Part shown: piece after piece, positions 35,948 through 43,728 of the stretch
How the letters are laid out: each line of letters starts with the position of its first letter
Position numbering within the stretch: position 1 is the first letter of the stretch
Assembly: GCA_021813385.1 (NCBI GenBank)
Contig: JAKAKT010000009.1
Coordinates: 1-63,363 of the forward strand
Length of the DNA: 63,363 nt
Direction: 5' to 3'
Source of the DNA: Candidatus Micrarchaeota archaeon
GTDB taxonomy: Archaea; Micrarchaeota; Micrarchaeia; Burarchaeales; JAKAKT01
Notes under the pieces: model-generated
Told to the model about the DNA's origin: nothing
The model's input: only the letters and a program-made list of their open reading frames with translations
Database searches by the model: none
Position numbers and translations under genes: made by a program

Positions 35948-36679
35948 TTATTTCTTTCCAATAGCTTGGGAGTCCGGCAGGGCCATCCTCTTCGGCTCGA
36001 ACGAAGTCAGGGCCTTCATTTTCGCATCGAAGTCCTCGAATGTGCTCGACCGGCACGCCAGATCTATCGAGATGGTGAAGAATTGCCCGAGCCGCGATAT
36101 GAAGAGCTCTGAGTATTCCTTCTTTCCCTGCTTTTGCGGATGGTTTTTAAGAAGGAGGAGATAAAAATCAAGCATCGGGAAGCGGGGCGGGTTTTCTGAA
36201 CCAGTATCCGACCATAGGTAATTTGAGAGCTGCCCGTCAGATGGAGCTACCCCGAGGATGCTGAGTTCATCAAAGTAGCTTCTTCTCGTGGCTTGATCGC
36301 TTTTAAGGTATTCTTTCTTGAATGTCTTGAATGCGTTGCTCTCAACGAGCAAGTTCTTCGAATATCCTTCGACTACGTTGTCAGGAAAGCTCTTAGCGAT
36401 TGCCTCAATCTCCTGCAAGGTCTTCTCCCCTTTTGAAATTGAGTTCAGGGAATCTACAAGCCGCTGCGCGTCTCCCACAGTAACGCCTTTTGCGATGAGC
36501 GAAATCAAGTCTCCGAAAATCCAGAGCTTTTTCCCTGCGTTAATCTTTGATTGCTGCCCGCTTGCCTCGCTTTTGGTATAGGAGCGAAAGACCTTTTCGA
36601 ACTGGTCGAGGACTAAAAGAAACCTTTCGGCTTCTCCAGCTCCGTTTTGAACTGGTTGGGGGACCTGCGCTAGTGACAT
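35948..36679 (-). CDS. Hypothetical protein (243 aa)
   Basis: The ORF abuts the stop of 34541..35947 convergently. No motif recognised. Confidence 0.5.
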   Translation of the reverse strand: MSLAQVPQPVQNGAGEAERFLLVLDQFEKVFRSYTKSEASGQQSKINAGKKLWIFGDLISLIAKGVTVGDAQRLVDSLNSISKGEKTLQEIEAIAKSFPDNVVEGYSKNLLVESNAFKTFKKEYLKSDQATRRSYFDELSILGVAPSDGQLSNYLWSDTGSENPPRFPMLDFYLLLLKNHPQKQGKKEYSELFISRLGQFFTISIDLACRSSTFEDFDAKMKALTSFEPKRMALPDSQAIGKK

Positions 36680-36816
36680 GCTATGATTTAGGCGCTGAGT
36701 TTTAAAAAACGATATGGAAGGCTGCCGTATTATTCTCTAAAAAAACAGTTTAACGCGAAATCTGCACGGACAACGGCAGGATAGATATTTAAAACATCTC
36801 GAAAAAGTATTAACCA

Positions 36817-37092
36817 ATGATTCCGTTCAGGAAATTCTTTCTAATCTGGGTCTTGCCGAAGGACAGAGAGACCCTCAACGACTGGCTCGCCCTGATGGAA
36901 ATAACGAAAATAATCGTAGCCCTCATTTTCGTCGCCTCGCTCGCGATGACGCTGATGCAGACTGAGTTTGTGAGAATGGTCCGCTCAACTATGCTCACGG
37001 CGATGGTATTCATTTTCATATGGTTTTTGGCGATTGTCCAATATTTGATGGCGATTGAGTTCAACACGCGCAAGGAGGATGGAAAACGGTGA
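36817..37092 (+). CDS. Hypothetical small membrane protein (91 aa)
   Basis: Two hydrophobic helices (IIVALIFVASLAMTL and MLTAMVFIFIWFLAIVQYLMAI). Its stop overlaps the next ORF's GTG start by 4 nt. Confidence 0.45.
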   Translation: MIPFRKFFLIWVLPKDRETLNDWLALMEITKIIVALIFVASLAMTLMQTEFVRMVRSTMLTAMVFIFIWFLAIVQYLMAIEFNTRKEDGKR

Positions 37093-37964
37093 GCACAAGC
37101 ACTCAGATGGCGACCAGTCCTCGATTTAGCGGAGCGGGGCAAGCCCCCCTGGCAACACTCGAGTTTAGCAGAATTTCCCGCGAGCCTGGCCAGGTTCTCA
37201 GGGATGTCCAGCTTCAGCTGTTCGGGCTTTGGAACCCGGAACGAAAGGCCCACATCGAAGCGCTTGGGAGGGTATATGACATACTGAAACCACTTGGCAG
37301 GTTAGCCGAGGAAAAGGGGATTGGCCCAAGGTTGGCTTCAGTTCTTTCTAAGATTGAGGATTTCATGATTGACCTTGGGGGCGTTCATCTTCTCGAGCGC
37401 CTGAATGACGAGCGCGGGTGGGATGGACTGAACAAGATTGCGATGCACCACGAGGGGGAAGACAGGGTGCCTGCTGTCCGCGCTCTTGCCCGGCTCGGCC
37501 AGCTCAAGAAACTCGAGACGATTGCCGAGTGCCAGTCTGACCCCTTGGTCGCCTCTGCTGCTGTTCTCGAGGTGGGCAAGCGCCCGGTAATCAACAGGCA
37601 CGACCCTCCGTTCAATGAACCATATTCCGAGGTCGTTTACAATCTGGGGAGGCTCGCAACCGAAGCGAAGTCCCCCGAAGCTAAAAACGTCGCCATGTTC
37701 GAACTCGAGAAGCTGGCTAGGAGGGAGGACGAAGTTGGAAGGGCGGCAGAAAATGAGCTCAGGAGGATAAGTGTGAAAGGAGTAAACTTGATGGCTGCTA
37801 AAGCGGCCATTAAAAGAACCGCGAGCGAGGTGGAAGCTGGCGTTGAAGGAGTGCCCGATGTACCCGACGAGGCATTCAAGAGCAACGCTTGGGCTGATTG
37901 GCGTAAACACGGCAATCTTCAGAAACTCAATGACCAGATAGAGATTGTGGCCGGAATGCTTTGA
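37089..37964 (+). CDS. Hypothetical protein with HEAT/PBS-lyase-like repeats
   Basis: 291 aa with a GTG start. Contains VPAVRALARLGQ...DPLVASAAVLEVG-type helical repeats. Confidence 0.5.
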   Translation: MSTSTQMATSPRFSGAGQAPLATLEFSRISREPGQVLRDVQLQLFGLWNPERKAHIEALGRVYDILKPLGRLAEEKGIGPRLASVLSKIEDFMIDLGGVHLLERLNDERGWDGLNKIAMHHEGEDRVPAVRALARLGQLKKLETIAECQSDPLVASAAVLEVGKRPVINRHDPPFNEPYSEVVYNLGRLATEAKSPEAKNVAMFELEKLARREDEVGRAAENELRRISVKGVNLMAAKAAIKRTASEVEAGVEGVPDVPDEAFKSNAWADWRKHGNLQKLNDQIEIVAGML

Positions 37965-37972
37965 ACTCTTGG

Positions 37973-38728
37973 CTAGAGCACGAATTTTCCCTTCTGAAAA
38001 TCCCTCAAAACTACTTTCGCAGCCTCGAAAATGTTAGGCTCCCCTCCCTTGAGAAGCATGCCCCGTTTCATCGCAATTGATGAGAGGATGTCCAGGGAGT
38101 CGCTTGTGTTCTCGACACCATAGTTAAAGAGAAGTGAATCGTTTCCTGATTCTGCGAATTTTTCAATCAGTTTAATTGCCACTCTCTCCGGGTCCTTGAG
38201 CTTCTCGACATCAATTGCGGCATTGAGAACAAGCTCGTCTGCAGTTGCTGTGAGCCCAACTACCCCCGGAGTGTCGAGCAGGAGAATGTCGTCTTTCACC
38301 TTAATCCATTGCGGGCCGCGCGTGATTCCGGACCTAAAGCCCGTTGCCACTGTGTGCTTTCCTCTAATCGCGTTGATAAGTGAGGACTTCCCGACATTCG
38401 GGATTCCGAAAATTACGAGCTTGACGAATTTGAGCCCCCTCTTTTTCTGGCGGGCCCGTATCTCCTTGAATATTTCATCGAGCCCCCCGCGAGTTCTCGA
38501 GGAGAAAAATATCACTTGCTCGCCTTCGAGCGAGTTTTGCTCTCTTGATTTCTTGCTTGCCAGGTCCGCTTTTGAAGCCACAAGGATGACCTTGCTCCTG
38601 AATTCCCGGTCTAAGTTCCTCATCCTTGTCCCTTCGATGTCCCGCGCATCCACTACCTCGATGGCAAGGTCGCATCTTCGGAGCAGCCGATAGACCTGCG
38701 AAAAAGTCCTCTTCCTGAAGTCAGGCAT
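37973..38728 (-). CDS. Circularly permuted GTPase (YlqF/RbgA/YawG-like ribosome-biogenesis GTPase)
   Basis: The motif order G4 (ASKADL), G1 (GIPNVGKSSLIN), G3 (DTPGV) is diagnostic of circular permutation. The ATG at 38728 (MPDFRKRTF) is preferred over the track start at 38839, which overlaps the upstream gene. Confidence 0.8.
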   Translation of the reverse strand: MPDFRKRTFSQVYRLLRRCDLAIEVVDARDIEGTRMRNLDREFRSKVILVASKADLASKKSREQNSLEGEQVIFFSSRTRGGLDEIFKEIRARQKKRGLKFVKLVIFGIPNVGKSSLINAIRGKHTVATGFRSGITRGPQWIKVKDDILLLDTPGVVGLTATADELVLNAAIDVEKLKDPERVAIKLIEKFAESGNDSLLFNYGVENTSDSLDILSSIAMKRGMLLKGGEPNIFEAAKVVLRDFQKGKFVL

Positions 38729-38760
38729 GGTAATGGTTTGGGAGCGAAGATATAAGTAGG

Positions 38761-39459
38761 TTAGAGCTTGTGAAGGTCGTTTCCGCAAGATTCGCACGTG
38801 CCCGCGTTCCCCTTGTGGATTTTCAGGCACGCAACGCAATAGAGCATCCCCATTGTCGTCTGCTGCTTTGGTTCAGGTTCAGGCACTGGTTCTTTGTTGC
38901 TCTTGAGGAATACCACCAGGTTCCGAATCATCATTTCATGGCGCAATTCGTCGGATGCTATTCCTGAGACATCGGCTTTCTGGGAATCAGCAGCGAGAAT
39001 CTCGGCGAGCTTGTGATAGAGCGAATACGCGGTCTTTTCTTCCCCCGAAAATATATCGAGGGCCCGTATAGTCGCTTTGAGTGTTATATCGTGGGACTCG
39101 ATGAAATCCTCCATGCTGGAGTCCGAGAGGCCGCTCACCTTGTTCTTGTACCATTGAAATGCTTCGTCAGTCAGCCTGAACTTCGGATTTTTTGCGGCAA
39201 GTTCAGATACTCGCTGGTCTATTTCCTCGAGCTTGAGCGAGTGCTTCGATGCGAGTTCTAGTATTATTCCCGAAACTCTCGAGGCGTGCCCCTTGCTTTC
39301 CCTGATAAGTATTTCCAGGACGCCCATCACTTTTTGGTTATGGCACAGCTCGCGCACTTGCGAGTAGGTGTCTATCATCTGGAACTCTTCCCCGAGTGCG
39401 GTAAGTATCAGGGATTTCTCGAGCTCAAGCGATTCGTCGGGCATATTATCGATAACCAT
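38761..39459 (-). CDS. Ferritin-like/rubrerythrin-like helical protein with C-terminal zinc ribbon
   Basis: 232 aa. E..H-type pairs (ESKGH, DELRHE) lie in long helices. C-terminal CVAC-x12-CESC. Confidence 0.45.
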   Translation of the reverse strand: MVIDNMPDESLELEKSLILTALGEEFQMIDTYSQVRELCHNQKVMGVLEILIRESKGHASRVSGIILELASKHSLKLEEIDQRVSELAAKNPKFRLTDEAFQWYKNKVSGLSDSSMEDFIESHDITLKATIRALDIFSGEEKTAYSLYHKLAEILAADSQKADVSGIASDELRHEMMIRNLVVFLKSNKEPVPEPEPKQQTTMGMLYCVACLKIHKGNAGTCESCGNDLHKL

Positions 39460-39511
39460 TGGCGCGGTGGATATTAAATGATTGCCTGCCTAATTTGGGT
39501 AAACTGTGGTG

Positions 39512-40195
39512 ATGCGTATTCCAAAGGGGAAGCTAAGCTTTTCGGACGTGTCAGTAGTGATGGGTTCCAGGAACGAGGAGAAAGCGATACGAAAAGTCAT
39601 AACTGACATAAGGCAGGCGACCAAGGGCCAGGCCGAAATTGTTGTTGTGGATGGGTCAAGCGACAGGACTCCTGAGATTGCGGAAAAACTCGGGGCCAAA
39701 GTCATAAGGCAAAAGCCCCAAGGATACGGGGTTGCAGTGAAGGCAGCAGTCCTTGCTGCGAGCAAAGACATCATCATTACTGTCGATTGCGATGACACTT
39801 ATCCTGCAGAACGGATTCCAGAATTTGTTGAATTGATAAGGAAAGGGTATGATGTAGTCAGCGGGTCGAGGCTGGGGGGGAAAACGCGGAATATGACTGC
39901 GCTCAACAACTTCGGGAACACGCTGTTCGCGCTCATTGGCTCCCTGCTTTACGGCATCAGCGTAAGCGATGTAACAACTGGCATGCGAGCTTACAGGCGA
40001 AACGTAATCCAAAGCATCGAGTGGACAGAGAATGTAGGGCTTTCTGCAGAGCTTATCCTGAGGCCTGCAAGGCACGGGTATAAGATTACGGAAATCCCGA
40101 TTGCTTATCGGCCAAGGCTCGGGGACACAAAATTGAACCCACTCAGCGGTGGGCTCGGAATTTTCAAATCAATAATAAAGTGCCGCTTCTTTTAA
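39512..40195 (+). CDS. Family 2 glycosyltransferase (dolichyl-phosphate sugar synthase-like)
   Basis: GT-A fold motifs VSVVMGSRNEE, VVVDGSSDRT and TVDCDDTYP (DxD). The first ATG is at 39512 within the track ORF from 39506. Confidence 0.8.
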   Translation: MRIPKGKLSFSDVSVVMGSRNEEKAIRKVITDIRQATKGQAEIVVVDGSSDRTPEIAEKLGAKVIRQKPQGYGVAVKAAVLAASKDIIITVDCDDTYPAERIPEFVELIRKGYDVVSGSRLGGKTRNMTALNNFGNTLFALIGSLLYGISVSDVTTGMRAYRRNVIQSIEWTENVGLSAELILRPARHGYKITEIPIAYRPRLGDTKLNPLSGGLGIFKSIIKCRFF

Positions 40196-40218
40196 AAAAA
40201 ATTGGTCGAAAAATAAAA

Positions 40219-40371
40219 TGGGCCCGCGGTGAATTGAACACCGAATCTCCACCTGTCAGAAACCCCGAACGGAAAAAACGCGTGAGGTTTTGTAAGGGTG
40301 GCGTCTTAACCGTTGTCGGCTTTGCCGACAAGTTTTCGACACTTGTGGCGAAAGCATTCGACTACGGGCCC
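40219..40371 (-). tRNA. tRNA-Val (anticodon UAC) with two introns (D-loop ~40313-40356; anticodon loop ~40255-40290)
   Basis: Exons assemble to GGGCCCG-TA-GTCG-AACGGTTA-AGAC-G-CCACC-CTTACAA-GGTGG-AGATT-CGGTG-TTCAATT-CACCG-CGGGCCC-A, 73 nt. The locus is 153 nt. Splice junctions are uncertain by 1-2 nt. Confidence 0.8.
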
Positions 40372-41796
40372 CTATCCAACCTCTCTATTATCTGAACTTC
40401 CCTTTTTATAATGATAGTCGCTCATCTCGGCCTTGAACCAGCTTCCGTACTTGTCGTTGATTTGCTCCTCGACTCCCTTGCCTTTTATTGCCGCGACTTT
40501 CATGTGCTCTTCAGTTATGAACTGCGCTCCCTCGAGGGCAGCAATATCGCCGGCGAGCTTGATGATGCCTGAGAGGTCGCGAAGCCGCAGCGTCAGCCCA
40601 CTCGTATCATCGATTAGCTTAGCCCTCCTCTTCGCCTCTTGAATCAGGATCTCGATTGCCTCATGGGTCGCGTGGGGGATTTTCCCGTCCTTTCGTATCT
40701 CTTGCGAGGCGAATCGCGCGAGCGCATCCCTGTTCTCCTCCGTGTCAGGCATCACCGTGCTCATCAGCACTTCATAGCCATTCCCGGTTATCCTTGAGCG
40801 GAGGGGTGGGAGGAGCTTCGGCAAATCCGCAGTGTTGATTGCTCCAACAAATAGGAAATCACAGGGCACGTGCTCAACTTTCACAGCCGCCCCGGTGCTC
40901 GAGGGGTTCCTGCCCGCGATGGAGAATCTTTTCTCCTGCATGGCAGTGAGGAGGTATCTCTGCAGATAGCCGAGGGTCGAGAGCTCGTCGATGAACAAGA
41001 CCCCCTCGTGCGCCTCGTGGATTGCGCCCGGCACCACACGCTGGTATGGGGGAATTCCTGCTTCGGGATGCCCCCCGTATGGGTCGTGCTTTATGTCCCC
41101 GAGCAATTCGGTTTCGCTTGCCCCAGTCGCCTGAACAAACGGGTTTCTGTGCAGCGGCACTATTATTTTCCTCGGCCTCGCGAATGCGCCGTATTCGAGC
41201 CCCTTGAGCGAGTCCTTGTCATAGGAGACAATCTTCCCGTCCTTTGTCCTTTCGTAAATGACTAATTCCTCTTTCCCGTTCGGGAATGTCCTCGTCGTAT
41301 GGACCCTGTCCTCGAGAACTTCAGCCTGGAAACCGAAAAGCAAATCGTCGAAGGGCGTTGATTCTTTCCTGTACTTGTCTGAGCCGCACGATGGGCATGC
41401 GTGTATGTTGTGGGGGGAAAGCGCCCCACATCTCCTGCACCGGAAGCCGAGCCTCTCAGCGACGAAAACAGGCACCTGTGACGGCGAGTGGGACTTTCCT
41501 GCATCCTTCTTTTTCTTGAATGTCTTCTCTATCGAATCCTTCTCCCTCACCTCGACAATTGGCCGTTCTGGGTTGTTGGGGTTGTGTATGACCGATATTT
41601 CCTGCTGTGGCCTTGGAAGAAGGACAGAAATCGCCTGAGCGACCATGCTTTTCCCGGTTCCGGGCGGGCCTACAAGGAGCATGTTCCTGCGCTGGCGCGC
41701 GACGACGCGCGCAATCCTCACGGCCTCTTCCTGCCCTATTATCGTCTTGAGCGGGTCTTCGGGCAGCGGGATGTCTGCAGTGGTCGTGAAACGCAT
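40372..41796 (-). CDS. LonB-like AAA+ ATPase without protease domain, with a zinc-ribbon insertion
   Basis: Walker A GPPGTGKS, Walker B/sensor region GVLFIDEL and LonB-type PCDFLFVGAIN...LRSRITGNGYEV. CRRCG-x10-CPSCG is inserted where LonB carries its TM hairpin. The ORF ends after the alpha-helical lid. ATG 41796 (MRFTTTADIPLPE) is preferred over the track start. Confidence 0.75.
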   Translation of the reverse strand: MRFTTTADIPLPEDPLKTIIGQEEAVRIARVVARQRRNMLLVGPPGTGKSMVAQAISVLLPRPQQEISVIHNPNNPERPIVEVREKDSIEKTFKKKKDAGKSHSPSQVPVFVAERLGFRCRRCGALSPHNIHACPSCGSDKYRKESTPFDDLLFGFQAEVLEDRVHTTRTFPNGKEELVIYERTKDGKIVSYDKDSLKGLEYGAFARPRKIIVPLHRNPFVQATGASETELLGDIKHDPYGGHPEAGIPPYQRVVPGAIHEAHEGVLFIDELSTLGYLQRYLLTAMQEKRFSIAGRNPSSTGAAVKVEHVPCDFLFVGAINTADLPKLLPPLRSRITGNGYEVLMSTVMPDTEENRDALARFASQEIRKDGKIPHATHEAIEILIQEAKRRAKLIDDTSGLTLRLRDLSGIIKLAGDIAALEGAQFITEEHMKVAAIKGKGVEEQINDKYGSWFKAEMSDYHYKKGSSDNREVG

Positions 41797-41860
41797 GAAA
41801 AAATATTGGAGGGAAAATAATAAAAGAATGAAGTGGGCGCCAGAGCGCCCGTTTGCCCAA

Positions 41861-43219
41861 CTATTTCTTTGTGTGGATGAGCATCCCCTCAGGCCTCCTG
41901 AAGAGATTCCCGCTCCTGACACCAATCAGCATCGCCGTACCCTTGCTCTCGGCAAGGTCAACAAGCCTCTGGGTGATTATTCCATCGAAGACGACCGCGT
42001 GAATCCCGGGGGATTCCCCGAGCGTCTTGATGAGGTCCCGGACCGGAATCTCGTTCACCTGCTCGTTGTTTGGGCCGTAGAGCCTTGCCCTGAGGGTATT
42101 CTCGAGCTCGTCAAGGCTCTTCAGCAGCCCTTCAGGTGCCTGGGCAGCTGATGCAGAAGGGGAGGCTGTCTCAACGGGCGCGCTTGCCTGCTGGCCTTGT
42201 GCCTCAGAACGCTCGAACATCGGCTGTATCGATTCGGCTGGGGATTCCACAGGTTCCTTCCCCTCGCTAATGTCCTCTTCCCTCCTGGATTCAAAAGGCC
42301 TGCGCGTCCTCGCGAACCTCGACCTGTCTTCTTGCGCCTGCCTCGGCCTGTCGTCGGCGAGCTGCTCAAGCGGGAGCGCTGCCTGCCTTGGCTTCCCTCC
42401 GTTTATCTGCTCGAAAGGAACACGGCTTCTTATCGCCTTTATTATCTCCTTCCTTGAGAGTTCCTCCACTTCCCTTCCTGGAGGCGCCCTAGCTACGAAA
42501 TCGATTTCAGTCTGCTGGGAGAGCTCCTTGAGGATTATGTCCCCGCCCCTGTCCCCATCGAGGAAGACAGTCACTTCTTTCTCCCTGCATAGGCCGATGA
42601 CGGTCTTGGGAACATTCGCCCCTCCGATAGCAACCGCATTGTTTATGTCGTTCTTGAGCAGGTTTAGCACATCCGCCCTGCCTTCGACTATCACAATCGC
42701 ATCGGAAGTCCTTATGCCCGGACCAGCAGGCAGCTTCTCGGGGCCATAGCTCTCTATTTCAGCAATCTTGACCTCTTGCCTCACGAGTTCCGAAATCTCC
42801 TTGCTTTCAGGAATCTCGTTGGTGAGAAGAATCTTTAAGAGTCTCTTCGCCCTGTCGATGACTGCTTTCCTCTTCACGTTCCTCGTGTCCTCTATTTTCT
42901 CGACGTTTATCTTCGCGTCGCACGGCCCGACCCTGTCGACCGCCTCGAGCGCAGCTGCGAGAATGCTCGTCTCGACCATGTCGAGGCTCGAGGGAAGGAG
43001 AATCCTCCCCACGCTCTTGCCCCCCTTGCCCTGAAGCTCGACCTCGATTCTCCCGATTCTCCCGTTCTTCTGGAGCTCGCGCAAATCAAGCTCGTCCCCA
43101 AGAAGCCCTTCGGTCTGGCCGAATATCGCGCCAACAACGTCGGGCTTTTCTACGAGCCCGCCTATCTCTAGGTTCGCGTAAACCAAATATTTCACTGTGT
43201 CAATGTATGTCTTTCCCAT
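41861..43219 (-). CDS. dnaG: Archaeal DnaG primase (Toprim)
   Basis: The canonical archaeal DnaG N-terminus MGKTYIDTVKYLVYANLEIGGLVEKPDVVGAIFGQTEGLL starts at ATG 43219, preceded by GGTGA (43225-43229). Toprim motifs IVIVEGRADV and FLDGDRGGD. The ORF stays open upstream to 43600. Confidence 0.85.
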   Translation of the reverse strand: MGKTYIDTVKYLVYANLEIGGLVEKPDVVGAIFGQTEGLLGDELDLRELQKNGRIGRIEVELQGKGGKSVGRILLPSSLDMVETSILAAALEAVDRVGPCDAKINVEKIEDTRNVKRKAVIDRAKRLLKILLTNEIPESKEISELVRQEVKIAEIESYGPEKLPAGPGIRTSDAIVIVEGRADVLNLLKNDINNAVAIGGANVPKTVIGLCREKEVTVFLDGDRGGDIILKELSQQTEIDFVARAPPGREVEELSRKEIIKAIRSRVPFEQINGGKPRQAALPLEQLADDRPRQAQEDRSRFARTRRPFESRREEDISEGKEPVESPAESIQPMFERSEAQGQQASAPVETASPSASAAQAPEGLLKSLDELENTLRARLYGPNNEQVNEIPVRDLIKTLGESPGIHAVVFDGIITQRLVDLAESKGTAMLIGVRSGNLFRRPEGMLIHTKK

Positions 43220-43728
43220 AGTTTTCACCTTAATTGTTCGGTTTCCCTTATGTTCCCCGAATCTTTTGTCAAATTCCTGGAAATTCGAAAGGCCCAGGGC
43301 ATAACGAAACTTTCTCCTGCAATCGACGTTCGGGCGCACCCCGCATGCGCGGAGCGTTTCAGAGAGCCGTTCAAGCAGCTCCTCCCCCGCACAATCGAAA
43401 TCAGTGAGTATTATCGCCTCGTTCTCGCCAGCGAGCCTTTCGCAGGCTTCCCTTGGCCTTCCATTCACAGGAATTATCCTTTTTATCATTGTATTGGAAT
43501 TTGCTAATTCCAATGCGGACACAGTCATTTTCTCGGGAAAATGACGTCCATTTTTGCCTCGGGCAAAAATCGGAAATTTCCGTTGAAATTTGTCCTGCAC
43601 CTTTCCAAGGACTCCTTGTCCCTCTTTCCCTCAACTATAACCGGCTTTCCCGGCATCTCCTCGAGCGCCCGAAGAAGGGCTTTACGCCTCGCGACAAGCT
43701 TTCGTTCGCCTGCTGAACTCATCCTCAT
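43220..43728 (-). pseudogene. Small Toprim-domain gene split across two frames by a hairpin-dense segment; its 3' part reads into dnaG
   Basis: Frame A (43728..43525) encodes the Toprim Glu motif PVIVEGKRDKESLER. Frame B (from 43489) encodes IIPVNGRP...AIILTDFDCAGEEL (DxD motif). About 105-110 nt of stacked hairpins separate them. There is no stop before the dnaG ATG. Confidence 0.5.
43517..43574 (-). repeat. Double-hairpin element, copy B (inside the Toprim interruption)
   Basis: Minus-sense TCCGATTTTT, then hairpin ATTTTTGCC/CGA/GGCAAAAAT, then TGGAC. Hairpin GTCATTTTC/CCGA/GAAAATGAC follows, then TGT-GTCC. Collinear with copy A. Confidence 0.6.

Noticed and set aside
40255-40290. Strict 3-4-3 bulge-helix-bulge for the anticodon-loop intron of tRNA-Val.
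   Set aside because: Only 2 of 4 central base pairs (CTTA versus TCTG) can be drawn with the splice sites at 37/38. An alternative long helix (CA-AAACCTC/GGGGTTT-C-TG) leaves a 4x3 internal loop. I report it as relaxed or uncertain rather than canonical.
40180-40395. 71-aa plus-strand ORF.
   Set aside because: It is the reverse complement of the intron-containing tRNA-Val gene.
43490-43600. Bulge-helix-bulge motif at the borders of the Toprim interruption, which would prove an endonuclease-spliced mRNA intron.
   Set aside because: I could find only a 1-nt bulge in the closing helix, and a 4-bp GGAC/GTCC helix with a single 3-nt bulge (TGT). No paired second bulge or outer exon-exon helix exists, so splicing remains a hypothesis.
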